From Chrysemys picta bellii (taxonomy: Eukaryota): a stretch of DNA of 64,000 nt. The stretch spans positions 86,552,001-86,616,000 of the forward strand of contig NC_088799.1 in assembly GCF_011386835.1 (NCBI RefSeq). Direction: 5' to 3'. A program made the translations under genes and the position numbers. Shown one piece after another: positions 52,486 to 63,722 of the stretch (its first letter is position 1; every line of letters starts with the position of its first letter). The notes under the pieces are model-generated. The model had not been told where the DNA came from and ran no database searches. It saw nothing but the letters and a program-made list of their open reading frames with translations.

Positions 52486-53090
52486 AGGCTCCCTTCAATT
52501 GGTGATTGATGTTTAGATACCACAGTGATAGATCCCGTAGCAATATGACAGATAGCTAGGGTCGGGGGGTATATCAGAGGGCAGAATTTGTCCCTTAAAG
52601 TGCTTTATAGTCATTTTAAACGCAAAACCCACCATGGTGCAGGGATTTGAATCACTACCATGTGACACTCCAGATGTTGTGTTTGGTCTGCTATCTTTAA
52701 TGCTCAATAAATTCTTTTTGACCATTTATCCCCCTGCAAACATAAAACACTGGGCCCTGTGCAGCACTTATCCTAAAGAATCTGCTACTTCACTTTCATG
52801 CGCACATACAAACAGTAGCACACAAGCTTGGCAGTGGTGCATATCTTTTCCTCCTGCTGCTCAGAAACAAACCAAAAAGGGGAGAAAGTCTCTTTTTTAA
52901 AGTTATAGGGTTTGAGGACATGATCAGGCTCCCTTCAATTGGTGATTGATGTTTAGATACCACAGTGATAGACCCCTTGGCAACATGATAGCTTGGGCGG
53001 CAGGGCATATCGGAGGGCAGAATTTCTCCCTATTCAGAAAACCCACCATGGTTCAGGGGTTTGAATCACTAACACATGTGACACTCCAGA
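52486..53090 (+). repeat. Local direct duplication of about 165-190 bp (52486-52674 and 52926-53090)
   Basis: The first 47 nt are identical; similarity continues with indels to gtgacactccaga. Confidence 0.9.
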
Positions 53091-54189
53091 GTTTTAAAGT
53101 TATGAGGATTTTCCATTCATTGCTGACCCTCCATGAATGTTTAGAAGTCCTTCTGAATCAAGGAATGGTAAAATGCTCATTAAACTGCTTAAAGGGTGGT
53201 GCCCGATTGTGGGGGTTGGGGGAAATTAATTTGAGACGTTAGGTGTCTGAAGAGAAATCATCAATCAGTGATTTTTAGAAAGAAGTTAGACAAGCTGGAG
53301 GAAAAGGAAAGCATGTGGAATGCAAACTTTGTGTATGAGGAAGGCCTCATAGGTATTAAAGTTAAAGGAGAACTGCCATGTTCCATGCAAACCCATTCAT
53401 CATAAGATTCATGTTGGGAAAATCCTGGTTCCACAAACACACATGGATTGAATGACAACAGAACTGGTGCAAAGGAATATAGGAGGGGTGGAAGTAGAAT
53501 AGAAGACCATGTCCACTGTATGAAGGAGGCTACGCAGGATCTTTCATGAGGCTGTTACAACATTCCTGACATGGCTTAATAGAGGGTAGGTGCACCACCA
53601 AGCAGAGCCCAGAAGTGGCGCCTTGCACCTCTGTGGATCCGGGACTACCTGGATCCACCAGCCAATTCCTTCCTCCCCCTCTTTGCAGGGGTGCAAAAGT
53701 AGCTAGGGAGTGGAAGCATGGCCACTCTGCAGCCTGGATGGGAGGATTTCCTGTGGACATCCCCAGTGCTCATCCATTTACTCCAGCTTCGTGCTTGGAC
53801 CGGCTGGGACCCGGGAGGACAGAGCCAGGGGACCGCCCCAGCAGGGGGCTGAGGAGCCGGGGCAGGGCAGCCCCAGAGGGAGCGGAGCCCCGGAGAGTGG
53901 GACGCAGGCCCCGCACAGCAGCGCCCCGCCCTCTATGACCCTGCTACTGCTCCTGGCCACCCTGCCGCAGTCCCTGGGCGGCTCGGGCTGCTTCGCCCAG
54001 CCCCAGCTGCGGCGCTGAAGGGCGGCCGCCTTGTGGCACCTGCAGGCAGCTCCGTGTGCCCCAAGGGGCAGCCCTCAGCCCAAGTGTCCCGCGCTCGGAG
54101 CCCGCCCGGCCATAAGGTGCGGGCGCTGCTCCCCGATGCGAACTGCAGAGGTCCCAGGGTGTCCCCAGTGCAGGACGGGCTGCTGCTGC

Positions 54190-54316
54190 CAGGGCCGGCT
54201 CTAGGCTTTTGCCGCCCAAGCGCCAAAAAACAAAAAGAGGCTGGCTGGAATGCCGCCCCTGAAAATGTGCTGCCCCAAGCACCTGCTTGGTTTGCTGGTG
54301 CCTGGAGCCAGCCCTG
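54190..54316. mobile_element. Short hAT (Tip100-like) MITE without a matching TSD
   Basis: TIRs CAGGGCCGGCTCTAGG / CCTGGAGCCAGCCCTG; flanks GCTGCTGC and AACGCAGA differ; opposite orientation to 56337-56468. Confidence 0.85.
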
Positions 54317-54876
54317 AACGCAGACACAGCTAAGAGAGAGGGAGCTGAATTCTATTATTCCTTGTTTATCATAATCAGAATTGCTTACTAAGTTCTAATC
54401 AGTTACAACAGTGTAAACCCACTGAAGGCAATGGTGTCTCTGAAGATAGCACTTGGCCTGCGGAACATATTATGTTAATGATGCACAAGAAGGAAAGAAT
54501 CTAGCTTGGTTTTCAGCGCTCAGGTTGAGTTTGCATGGCTGGTAATTCAAACCCCACCACCATTTTGGGTCAATTTTTTGTTGATGTAAACAGGCAAAAC
54601 ACTGTGTACAGTGATGGGACTATATCAAGGCATTCTAATGCATGTTGGAGCCCAGTCGAATGGAAACGATTGGCTGGACCAGTCTCATAGTATTCTGATG
54701 GCCCATGTGAAGTTGAAATGGATTTATTTCACGCTACACCAGAAACTACAATCATTCACAAACATAGCATAGCATCAATGTTCATGTTGAAGAGTCTTTC
54801 TTATTTACAAACATTAATAGCTTTCATAGCTAACTTAAGGGTATGAAATAGGGAGGGGAAGTGGAAATCTGAAATA

Positions 54877-54951
54877 GATAGTCTTTTCTGGTGTAACATG
54901 GATAGTCTTTTCTGGTGTAACATGGATAGTCTTTTCTGATGTAACATAGAT
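54877..54951. repeat. 24-bp minisatellite, about 3 copies (GATAGTCTTTTCTGGTGTAACATG)
   Basis: Two identical units plus a third with two substitutions. Confidence 0.95.
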
Positions 54952-55579
54952 GGTTTATAGACTTTGGAGACTGAATATTCCCTGTGCTTTAATTATAAAT
55001 CAAACCTAGATATGGTCAAACAGAATATTACATTCATTATGAATAATGAATCCTATTCCCAAATCCTGCTCATATTTCTTAGAAAAATAACTATTTACCA
55101 GCTGGTTTTCTTTGCCTATTGGGGAATCAATACAATGAGAACAGAGGACTCTCTGCAGGTTTAGTGGAAGAATTAAAAATTATAGACTCTATGATCTCTT
55201 TTGCTCTCAAATGAATCCTCAACAGGAGGTGCCTCAAAGACCTATCATCCATCATATATTCCTTAGCCTTGGAAAAGCAGTTTCTAAATATAATTTGGCT
55301 CAAAAGACACTTGAATACACAAGTGAAAATTGTTGAGATCCCATTTCTAGATGCTCCCTTTTATTTGAAAGTATTTATGCTATTTTGTGGATTTAGTCCA
55401 CATTCTAATTTCAGTTACTGCAGTGTAAATCTGGAATCAGTGGAGTTACCCCAGGCTTACACTGGTGTAACGGAGATCAGAATCTGGCCCATAACAACAG
55501 TCTTCACCATAATACCTAGAAGCAGAATAGAGGGCACAATACCCAATCCATGCATTTAATTGTTGCATTCCTTCCCCAG

Positions 55580-55673
55580 AATGGGAACGTGTTATGCAGC
55601 AGAATAAGATGTCCAAGCCTACACTGCCCTACCCCAGTGCATGTGCCACAGCTGTGCTGCCCACGATGCCCAG
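55580..55673 (+). CDS. CHRDL1: CHRDL1 coding exon, second half of vWC domain 1: [31 protein letters not shown] + phase-1 G
   Basis: Acceptor ccttccccag|AAT and donor CAG|GTAATG; 94 nt. Matches recalled human [31 protein letters not shown], with the CCxxC vWC end motif. Confidence 0.98.
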
Positions 55674-56336
55674 GTAATGAACGTTTGCAGAACCATAATT
55701 TGCTCTTGAATGTACTCTATTATTCTGGGTTATAGGAAGCAGGAAACTGACTAGGAAACTGATGAAAAGCTTTCATGCAGAAAATCCCAGTATACACTCC
55801 TTTTATAATAGGAGGAAGACTTGTTCTCTGTTGTAATAAGCCCTACTATTTCCTACAGTGGTTTCTTCTGGGATTTCTTTGTAATGCTTAGCATGACAGT
55901 GGTGCTAAGATTTATTTTTTAAAGTGGTCACTTACAGATTGTACAGCATTACTAAGTAGTTGTTCCAAAACGCTATGACCAATGTGCAATTGTATAACAT
56001 CACTGTACAATTGGAGTCCTACATCTCATATCCTAGTATAGCTTGTAATTAAGGACTGCTATAAATCACAGAAACAGAGCTGTTGAAGTTTATGACTATA
56101 TAAATCTGATTAGTTACTGTATAGTAAATTCTTGCAGACTGTACATTTATTAGGCGTTCATTGTTAAGAGCCACTGTATGAAGGAGGTTACGCAGAATCT
56201 TTCATGAGGCTGTTACAACATTCCCAACATGGCCTAAAGGCTGGTGGGTTTGACTGGCTTTTTCCCCTAAGCTTGTCTCTTAATGGTACCCCTCCTTTCC
56301 AGCTATAAAAGGCTATTTATGCAGCACTGTAGAAAG

Positions 56337-57646
56337 CAGGGCCGGCTCTAGGCACCAGCGCTCCAAGCATGTGCTTGGGGCAGCACTTTCCAAGGGGCGG
56401 CACTCCGGCCCCTTTTTTGTTTTGTTTTTGTTTTGCTTGGGGTGGCAAAAAGCCAGGAGCCGGCCCTGGCTGGAGCCGTGCCGCTGGAGAGCCAGAGCAT
56501 CGTCCCCTGGAGCTGAGCCCGGGCTGCGGCGCGAGAGGGGATCCCGGAGTGTGTGAGGAGCCAGGGAGGGAGGGAAGCGGGGCCCGGGATGCAGGGAGGG
56601 AGGAGGGGTCCTGCTACCGCTGCCGCCACCGCTGCTGTTCTGAGTCTCCCCAGGGCGGCGCAGTGTTTCCCCGCCCGAGTGGGCTGTGCAGGGCGCTGCT
56701 GGGCTGTGCAGGGGGCGCGGATCCCAGCTCGCGCGCTGATGGGGTGAGTGGCTGGGCAGCCGGAGCTGCCAGGGAGCTGCCCCCGGACCCAGCCTGCTGC
56801 ACACCTCCCCCTCCTCAGCCCCGCGTTGCTTGCCCCGGGCCCCCACAGCGCCAGGGGTGGGGAGAGGCAGAGCCCGGCTCCGAGCGGGGCAGCGGGGGAT
56901 ACTGCCCTGCTGGAAGACCCCCACGGCTCAGACACCTGGGGATCAGTGTCTGTCCTCTCAGCTATGCCTGCACGGGGCTGGGGAAGCAGCTGGCAGTGCC
57001 TGTCCCTCTCAGTCCTTGCACCCCTAATCCCGCTCGCAGACTCTTCACTTGTACCGCCCCCCACTGCTCCTTCGCCGAACCCCTTCCCCTTGTACTCTCC
57101 CTTCACCTGCACCTCTCCTCCCGCAACCCTCCTGATACCCCCTCTCCTCCTCCACCCTCCTCCGCGAGTACATCACACCCCGCTTCTCTGCCAGTGTAGA
57201 GCCCCCAAGCACCCCCACACCCGGTCCTCAGCCTGAACCCTCTTTACTAGATCCCCATCCGTTTCCGGGTACAAGAGTTAGTCCCTATGCCTTCCATGTG
57301 CATTTGGAGCACTAAAGATGGGGTTGCTGGGGTCGGGGGGGGGGGGGGGCGCGAGATTTATACTAAAGTGAAATGAAAATAGGAGAAACGGTTTGATCCC
57401 CATTGCAAGTGTAAACGGGGATTGCTGTGGTGAACGAGGAGGTCACATCTGGGGGAGGGGGAGCCCAGGGCTGGGGCAGCAGGAGGTGCGGGTCGGGGGG
57501 GAAAAGAGAGCCCAGGGCTGGGGCGGCAGGGTGTGCGGGTGGGGGAGGGTACTGGCGGTGGGCAGGGGGGAAGAGCCCAGGGCTGGGGTGGGAGGCAGCC
57601 AAAATTGTTTTTGCTTGGGGCGGCAAAAAACCTAGAGCTGTCCCTC
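56337..57646. mobile_element. Composite hAT element (MITE + about 1-kb GC-rich cargo + second right end)
   Basis: Left TIR at 56337, internal right TIR ending 56468, distal degenerate right TIR CCTAGAGCTGTCCCTC ending 57646. Identical 8-mer GTAGAAAG at 56329-56336 and 57647-57654. Confidence 0.8.
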
Positions 57647-57881
57647 GTAGAAAGGGTGTTTATTTGGCTCTCTCCAGAGAAAGTTTTGTTGTCTGAGGAA
57701 AGAACCGTTCCATTACTGAAAAGTGTGAGCAGAGGGTGGTACGTGAGAGGAGGGCTGTGAACATGGGCGTCAGTCTGCTACTCATCTGCTACTCATCAGG
57801 GCTAGGAGAATATTTGAAGTACCTGCTACAATGCAAGCATAACACATTGACCAGTGTGTCATGGTCACCCTCTGTGCCCAA

Positions 57882-58249
57882 CATGGGCATTTGGAATCAA
57901 AGGCCAGGGGAGGCTAAGCTTCCCTATCCCAGGCCTGTGGCTATGCCCGTGCCCTGTCCCGAGGCCGTGCCCTTGCTCCTCCTCTCCCCCGAAGCCGGTG
58001 GGGTCTCAGCTCAGGTCTTGGGCCAGTGGCGGCTCGGGCTGGAGGCCCATGGCAGCTGGAGTGGGGTCAGGCCAGGGGCCTGGGGCCAGCATGGCTGGGG
58101 TGGGCTGGCTGGGGCTCCTCCAGCCGCAGGGAGGGGGGGTTCAGGGCTCCTCCGGCTGGGGGCTCCAGCGGCTGGGGGGGGTGCTTGGGCAGAAGGGGTG
58201 GGGTTTGGGGGCTAGCCTCCCCCAAAAGGAGGTTCACCTGCCACCCATG
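57882..58249. mobile_element. hAT MITE (CATGGG termini)
   Basis: CATGGGC... / ...CCACCCATG termini with subterminal GGGAGGCTAAGC / GCTAGCCTCCCC; TSD GTGCCCAA / GTGCCCAG (7/8). Confidence 0.8.
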
Positions 58250-58863
58250 GTGCCCAGAGGATAAGAGTCTGTTACAGCTCTCAGCTAGGGAGCATGGCTC
58301 CAATAGCAGCTCATGGTTTTAGCTCTGGTGGTCCCTGGCTCAATCCTTTGTGTCAGTCAAGATTGCAGCTGTCATACAAGCTCAACTGATTAATTTGGCT
58401 AAATCTATCTCCTAATCTCTCCTGCTCAGCAGTACAGGGCTGCTCCCTCCAGGAAGTTTTCCAATACTCTGTCCTGGCTACATTTGTATCCCGAGCAATA
58501 AGGCTTTCAACCCTCAACTTGTGAGATTACATTCCACAGTGTAATAGATTTTGGGTCCTCACAAATGAGGACATGCAGCAGGTCTTACCTGAATACCCGC
58601 AAGCAGAAAGTTGAAGTTCTGACATAGAACTTCCCCGGGTTTACAAGGGTGGAGTAATGACAGCAGGGCTGCAGGCACTCAGGAATAAGTCAGGAAACAA
58701 ACGGCAACCACCTGGTAGTCAGAGGGGGAGGAGCCTCTAGGGAGGCAGGGCTCCATGGTCAATTGTTAGGGTCAGGGTTGAAGCACACACAGATTTTTGC
58801 ATCCTAAACCTCAAGGATCCAGCACTGGGGAGAAAACCTTGCTTGGAGAAAACACTCTTATTG

Positions 58864-59062
58864 TTTTCAGAGTAGCAGCCATGTTAGTCTGTATCCGCAA
58901 AAAGAACAGGAGTACTTGTGGCACCTTAGAGACTAACAAATTTATTAGAGCATAAGCTTTCATGGACTACAGCCCACTTCTTCGGATGCATACAGAGTGG
59001 AATAAATATTGAGGAGATATATATACACACATACAGAGAGCATAAACAGGTGGGAGTTGTCT
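58864..59062 (-). mobile_element. Penelope-like terminal fragment
   Basis: Nearly identical to the left arm of 20011-20122 and extends about 70 nt further. Confidence 0.85.
58950..58989 (-). ncRNA. Minimal hammerhead-like motif (CCGAAGA variant)
   Basis: Reverse strand reads GCAU-CCGAAGA-A-GUGGGCUGUAGUCCAU-GAAA-GCU-U-AUGC; stem II is closed by a G-U pair. Confidence 0.5.
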
Positions 59063-59616
59063 ATTGTTAGCTGCTGCAACAGGTTGTAGTAACGTTATTT
59101 CCTACAATGATGGGAAACTCCAGTGATTAATCTAATTTTTTTTTAATTAACGAAATGCAAGTAGAGAATTATCCACCAAAAAAACTCCAATCACAGATGA
59201 ATACAAAACAAAAGCACAAATCACATGTTTTAGGACTAAGGTCAAGGCAGACAACCTGAAGCCCTTGGCAGATGAGGGAATTATTCTGCCTCTTACTGGA
59301 CATCAGTCAATAATTATTTCTAAACCTCAATGGGTTTCTGATCACATGGCCACTTAGTGTTCTCAAGCCAGTTCTTTCTTCAGTGGCCTCTTCGCCCACA
59401 GAGGTGCATCTGACACTTGGTGTGCCTGTTTCTCCTGTTCCTGGTGCTTTTCATTGTCACCATAGAAGTACAATCTGTAGCCTTCTGGAGGTCCTCAAGA
59501 GATGGTCTCCTTAGCTGCATTTAAACGTCATGTTCCTCTCTAGGAATGACCCGCTGCCATGTTTATTACACATATCCTTGGTGTGGACTGTTACTAGGGT
59601 GTTTGTCTACTGTTAC

Positions 59617-59981
59617 TAGGGTGATTTTGAGGAGTTTGACCCACATCCCGACTGAAATACGGTCGGGACGCCATTTGTCCTGATATTTTGTTTCGGGCAT
59701 TTTTTTTTTTTTTTTTACGCTCACCCATCCGGGTCTTCGGCAGCAATTCGGTGGAGGGTCCTTCAGTCGCTGACGGTCTTGGGCAGCATTTCGAAGGCGG
59801 GTGCTTCTGTCTTTGGCAGCAAGGTTTATTACTCGCCGCCGAAATGCTGCCAAAGACCATCGGCGACTGAAGGACCCTCTGCCGAAATGCCGCTGAAGAC
59901 CCGGACGGGTGAGTGTAACAATTAAAAAGGCGCCCCCCTGCGGCGGTCCCGATATTTTCCACTTAGCATCTGGTCACCCTA
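59617..59981. mobile_element. hAT (Blackjack-like) MITE
   Basis: TAGGGTGA... / ...GGTCACCCTA termini; TSD ACTGTTAC / ACTGTTGC (7/8); internal inverted repeats. Confidence 0.85.
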
Positions 59982-62900
59982 ACTGTTGCATTAGCAGGTT
60001 GCCAGCCACTTTTTGTTTGGAACAGAACATCTCCTCTCACTTGCAAATGAAGGTAATGGTTTGGCATTCTTTTGGTATTTCTCTGCTGCTAGTATCCTGG
60101 TGCACAGCTCTTTTAGGGGGCAGACAGTGTCTTTGTTATGTTTGCATAATGCCTAGCACAATGGGCATTGGCCCCTTGATGCTACCATAATGAATACTAA
60201 ATACTTCAGCGTTATCTGTCTCTAAGACTTTTCCTATAAACTGGTGATCTCAATAAAAGGCCTGAGAAAGTGTGTTGCAATATTCTAGCAATGCTAAGTG
60301 TGGATCCCTTGAAACTCCCTCTTTTATCAAATCAAATGTAGCTGTTTGTATTGACTTTTGCTATCATAGCAAGTGTTTGACATGGTGTACTCGAACTGAT
60401 AGATCAAAAATTGCCAGAAAGAGCCACTCGTGAATGGTGGGCCATTATCTCTTCTTAACTCCTTATACAGTGAGTTATCACATTGCTAATTGATGTGTTG
60501 GGCAACTGTTCATTTTAAAAATGTGAACAGTCGTCCACCAATGAGTAATCTTTTTACTTTTAATTCAAATAGATCTGCACCAACCTTGGACCAAGGGTGA
60601 TGGCTCATGTGATTTCAGTAATTCTTTTGCATTCTGCCTCCTGCATTGACTGTAGATTTCATACTTGGATGCCTTATCTTCAGTAATATTAGTCATGACT
60701 GACAAGAATAGGAAAGTGAGGCGCTATTCTCACACATCTCAATCCAGATTATGCGCTCATGGTGTGTGGTAGTATGATACAATGTCCTTTGTGCAGAATC
60801 CCACGATACGCAGGAATTTCATCTCTGTGGTCCAAATAAATATTGTTGCTAAAGTGCTGGAGCTTTTGCCATTGGCCAGTCATTTGAATTGCCATCTTAA
60901 ATGTCTGTAAGATTCAATCATGTGTTTCTCATCAGAGCTTCCCAAACTGCATTTCAGAAATGGGTCGTACTTGAGTCATGTGACTTCAGACTCTTCCTCC
61001 CACTGCTCCACAAGCACTGTATAGTGTCATCCCCCAAATACATGCCTCCTTATATAATGAAGAGAGGTAATGCCAGGAGGCGAGAACTGTAATTGGAAAC
61101 TGGTACTTCATAGCAACCCCAAGGGGAGAGGTTGTTGAGGGGGATCCTTCTGAGGGAAGTTGGCAATGCTATCCTCTTGGGATTAAGATCTCCCCCAGCC
61201 AGAGCACTATGGTCCCTGCTGGCACCAAAAGGTGCAGTTTCCACCCCGCACTCTCCCTTTGCCCAGGTGAATTTTACCCATTGTCAAATGCACATATTAC
61301 ATGCGATGTATCTTCTAATTTTCTCCAGTGCCTCCCAGCTGCTGCCATAGGTTCATGGCAAGCCTTTCCGTAATCTTTCATGTTTGTTGTCCTTTGAGGC
61401 TTAGTCTTAATTTGGCTGGTAAATCCAGGATCTGTGTCTTTTATACACAGAGATTATTCTCCCTTTACAGCTCGGTGAACCATTTGCTTTATTACCAGAG
61501 TTAGATTATGCTGATAATACAAGGATCTTCCAGAAAGCTGAGATCACTTTTCAGCTGGTGCCACACAATGGAAACTTCTGTGATCACTGCATGTTCATGA
61601 GCCCAGGTACCGAAGGACAGATGTCCTCATCTAAAAGGGCATCAAAACAATTGGTACCCTAATCTAAAATGACTGAAGAATTAGTTTACAATGAGACATG
61701 GAATCTGAACTCCTTACTTACACCTAAAGCTTGTTCATCCAGATCAGGATGGAGGTACTTTTGCAGGATGGGATAGGGGAACCTTGCACTGCAACTCTTT
61801 GATCAGTTCTGTTAATAATTAGAGAACTTCAGTCTGCAGGCCTGTCTGAATGGTATCGTTCATGGCAACAAAGGGCCCTGATTAGTTTTTAAGGCATGTA
61901 GATGAATCCCACAGTCATTACATTACTATAGATAACAAAATTTATAAATGTAACTAATTTAAAATATAAACTATACATTTTCTACATTGAGTAATGTGCC
62001 TGAGTCATTCCAATATGGAGCATTCAAAGTAAGGTTTAAGATGATAAAGTGAATATTTGAATACGAGGTGTCGCAAATTTACAATAGAAGTAAAAATGTA
62101 CACTTCACTATTTTAGATAGGGTTTCCATATTCCATTTGCTGCTTTCATCTTCAGATATGTTTTGCTGGGTAAGCCAACATATTGGCATATGAATCAGCC
62201 CATCTGGCTCCATCATTTTTTAAGCTTACTGCCCAGATACACACACTGGCTTCCAGGAACTTTCATGATTAGTAACACATTTATGTTCAGGCTCCTGTGG
62301 TGTTATAATTTTTCAGCATGTATCGAATTCAATCTGTTTCTTTTCTCATTTATTTTTTTATTCAGATATTGAAATAGCTGTAACAGCAAAATGCAAGGCA
62401 GTGGTATACAAATACATAACCCAAGACAATAAGAGGTTTCTTGCAACAGTCATATGTAGTCATATTAGAATGTCACTTAAATATACAGATTCAATCCTGC
62501 AAACTGCTGAGAGCTCTCACCTCTCATTGACTTGCATATTATGTATAAATATAGGGACATGTGTATATTACAATGCATGTTGCATTGGATTAGAAGAGGG
62601 ATTCTCGACCTGCTGGTCATGAAAAGCTTTCAGGAGCCACCACCGCTCTGCACCTCCTGTTAAATGGGAGGGGCCCAGTTATATCCTGGCTGGGAAGAAG
62701 AGAGATTCAGGGAGTTACAGTATAAAAAGTTTGAGAGTCATTAGATTAGAACACCACTTTCAAGGGTAAATGACTTACCTGAGGGACATTGAAATCTAAA
62801 TTGAGGGGAAAACAAATTAGGGGCCTAGATCCTATTGAAGTCAAGGAGAGTTTTAATTAACTTTAATGGGAACAAGGTCAGGCCTAAATAGAGAGGTTAG

Positions 62901-63447
62901 GAAGAAAGAGAGAAAAAAACAGGAAGTAGTAATAGCAAAGTAATAGCAGCTGACCTACCATCAAACTGACACTGTTGGTACAAGAGTGGTTGGTTTCTCC
63001 TATATAGAATGTACCTTTGTTGACTGACAATGCACTGTATGAAATTGTAGTAGGAATATATCTCAACTCCTTAACTCCTTGAAGATTTCAAGTGGACTAG
63101 AAGAAAAATACTCTGTACCAAATTCTTTATGAACAACACATCAAAGAATACAGGATCTTCTCTATGAAGAAACAAACCTGAATCAGTAACATGGATCCAA
63201 GCACCGAGAACTTTGTGGGAATTTGGATTTGGAGCCAAAATTCATGGCTTGCTTTTGAAACCCCAGATCCAAACAACCCCAGTCTGCGTAGCAGTCTATA
63301 TCTAGACCTGCAATTTGCACTGTGGTCCATGCATATCTCCTGCTAGTAATGAGTTTTTCATGTTTAACTCACCAACATGAAGAGCAGAATATACCCAATT
63401 CTAAAAGAACTTTATCACTAGGAGTTCTTATATCTCCCATGTAATTA

Positions 63448-63722
63448 GACTGTCTACACTTACCGTGGATTGACACTGCAATCGATCCACCGGGGGTCGA
63501 TTTAGTGGGTCTAGTGAAGACCCGCTAAATTGACCGCAGATTGCTCTCCTGTTAATTCCAGTACTCCACTGGAGTGAGAAGCATAAGGGTTTCTCCCATT
63601 GACCCAGTGCGGTGTAGACACTACAATAAGTTAACCTAAGCTACGTCAACTCCAACTATGTTATTCACATTGCTGGAGTTGCATAACTTAGGTTGATTTA
63701 ACCCTGTAATGTAGACCTGCCC
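63448..63722. mobile_element. PIF/Harbinger-type MITE, older copy in reverse orientation to 9355-9648
   Basis: ...GTCTACACT / ATGTAGACCTGCCC termini; degenerate versions of the same two hairpins. Confidence 0.75.

Larger units (their letters stand above)
53513..56237 (+). repeat. 67-bp direct repeat pair flanking CHRDL1 exon 55580-55673 (53513-53579 and 56171-56237)
   Basis: 62/67 identity by manual alignment. Confidence 0.9.

Noticed and set aside
53513-53579. snoRNA interpretation of the 67-bp repeat
   Set aside because: No proper C box (RUGAUGA) with terminal stem, and no H/ACA two-hairpin layout.
53935-54190. Resemblance of MTLLLLLATLPQSLGGSGC and HKVRALLPDA to the inhibin-alpha N-terminus
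   Set aside because: The matches are in different frames, short and low-complexity; too weak to name a gene.
54877-54951. CRISPR-like array
   Set aside because: Units are contiguous with no spacers, in a eukaryotic intron; it is a minisatellite.
56313-57236. Long overlapping ORFs (203-276 aa) on both strands
   Set aside because: They begin inside a MITE, are Pro/Gly/Arg/Ala-rich in several frames, and show no recognisable domain; this is a GC-content artefact.
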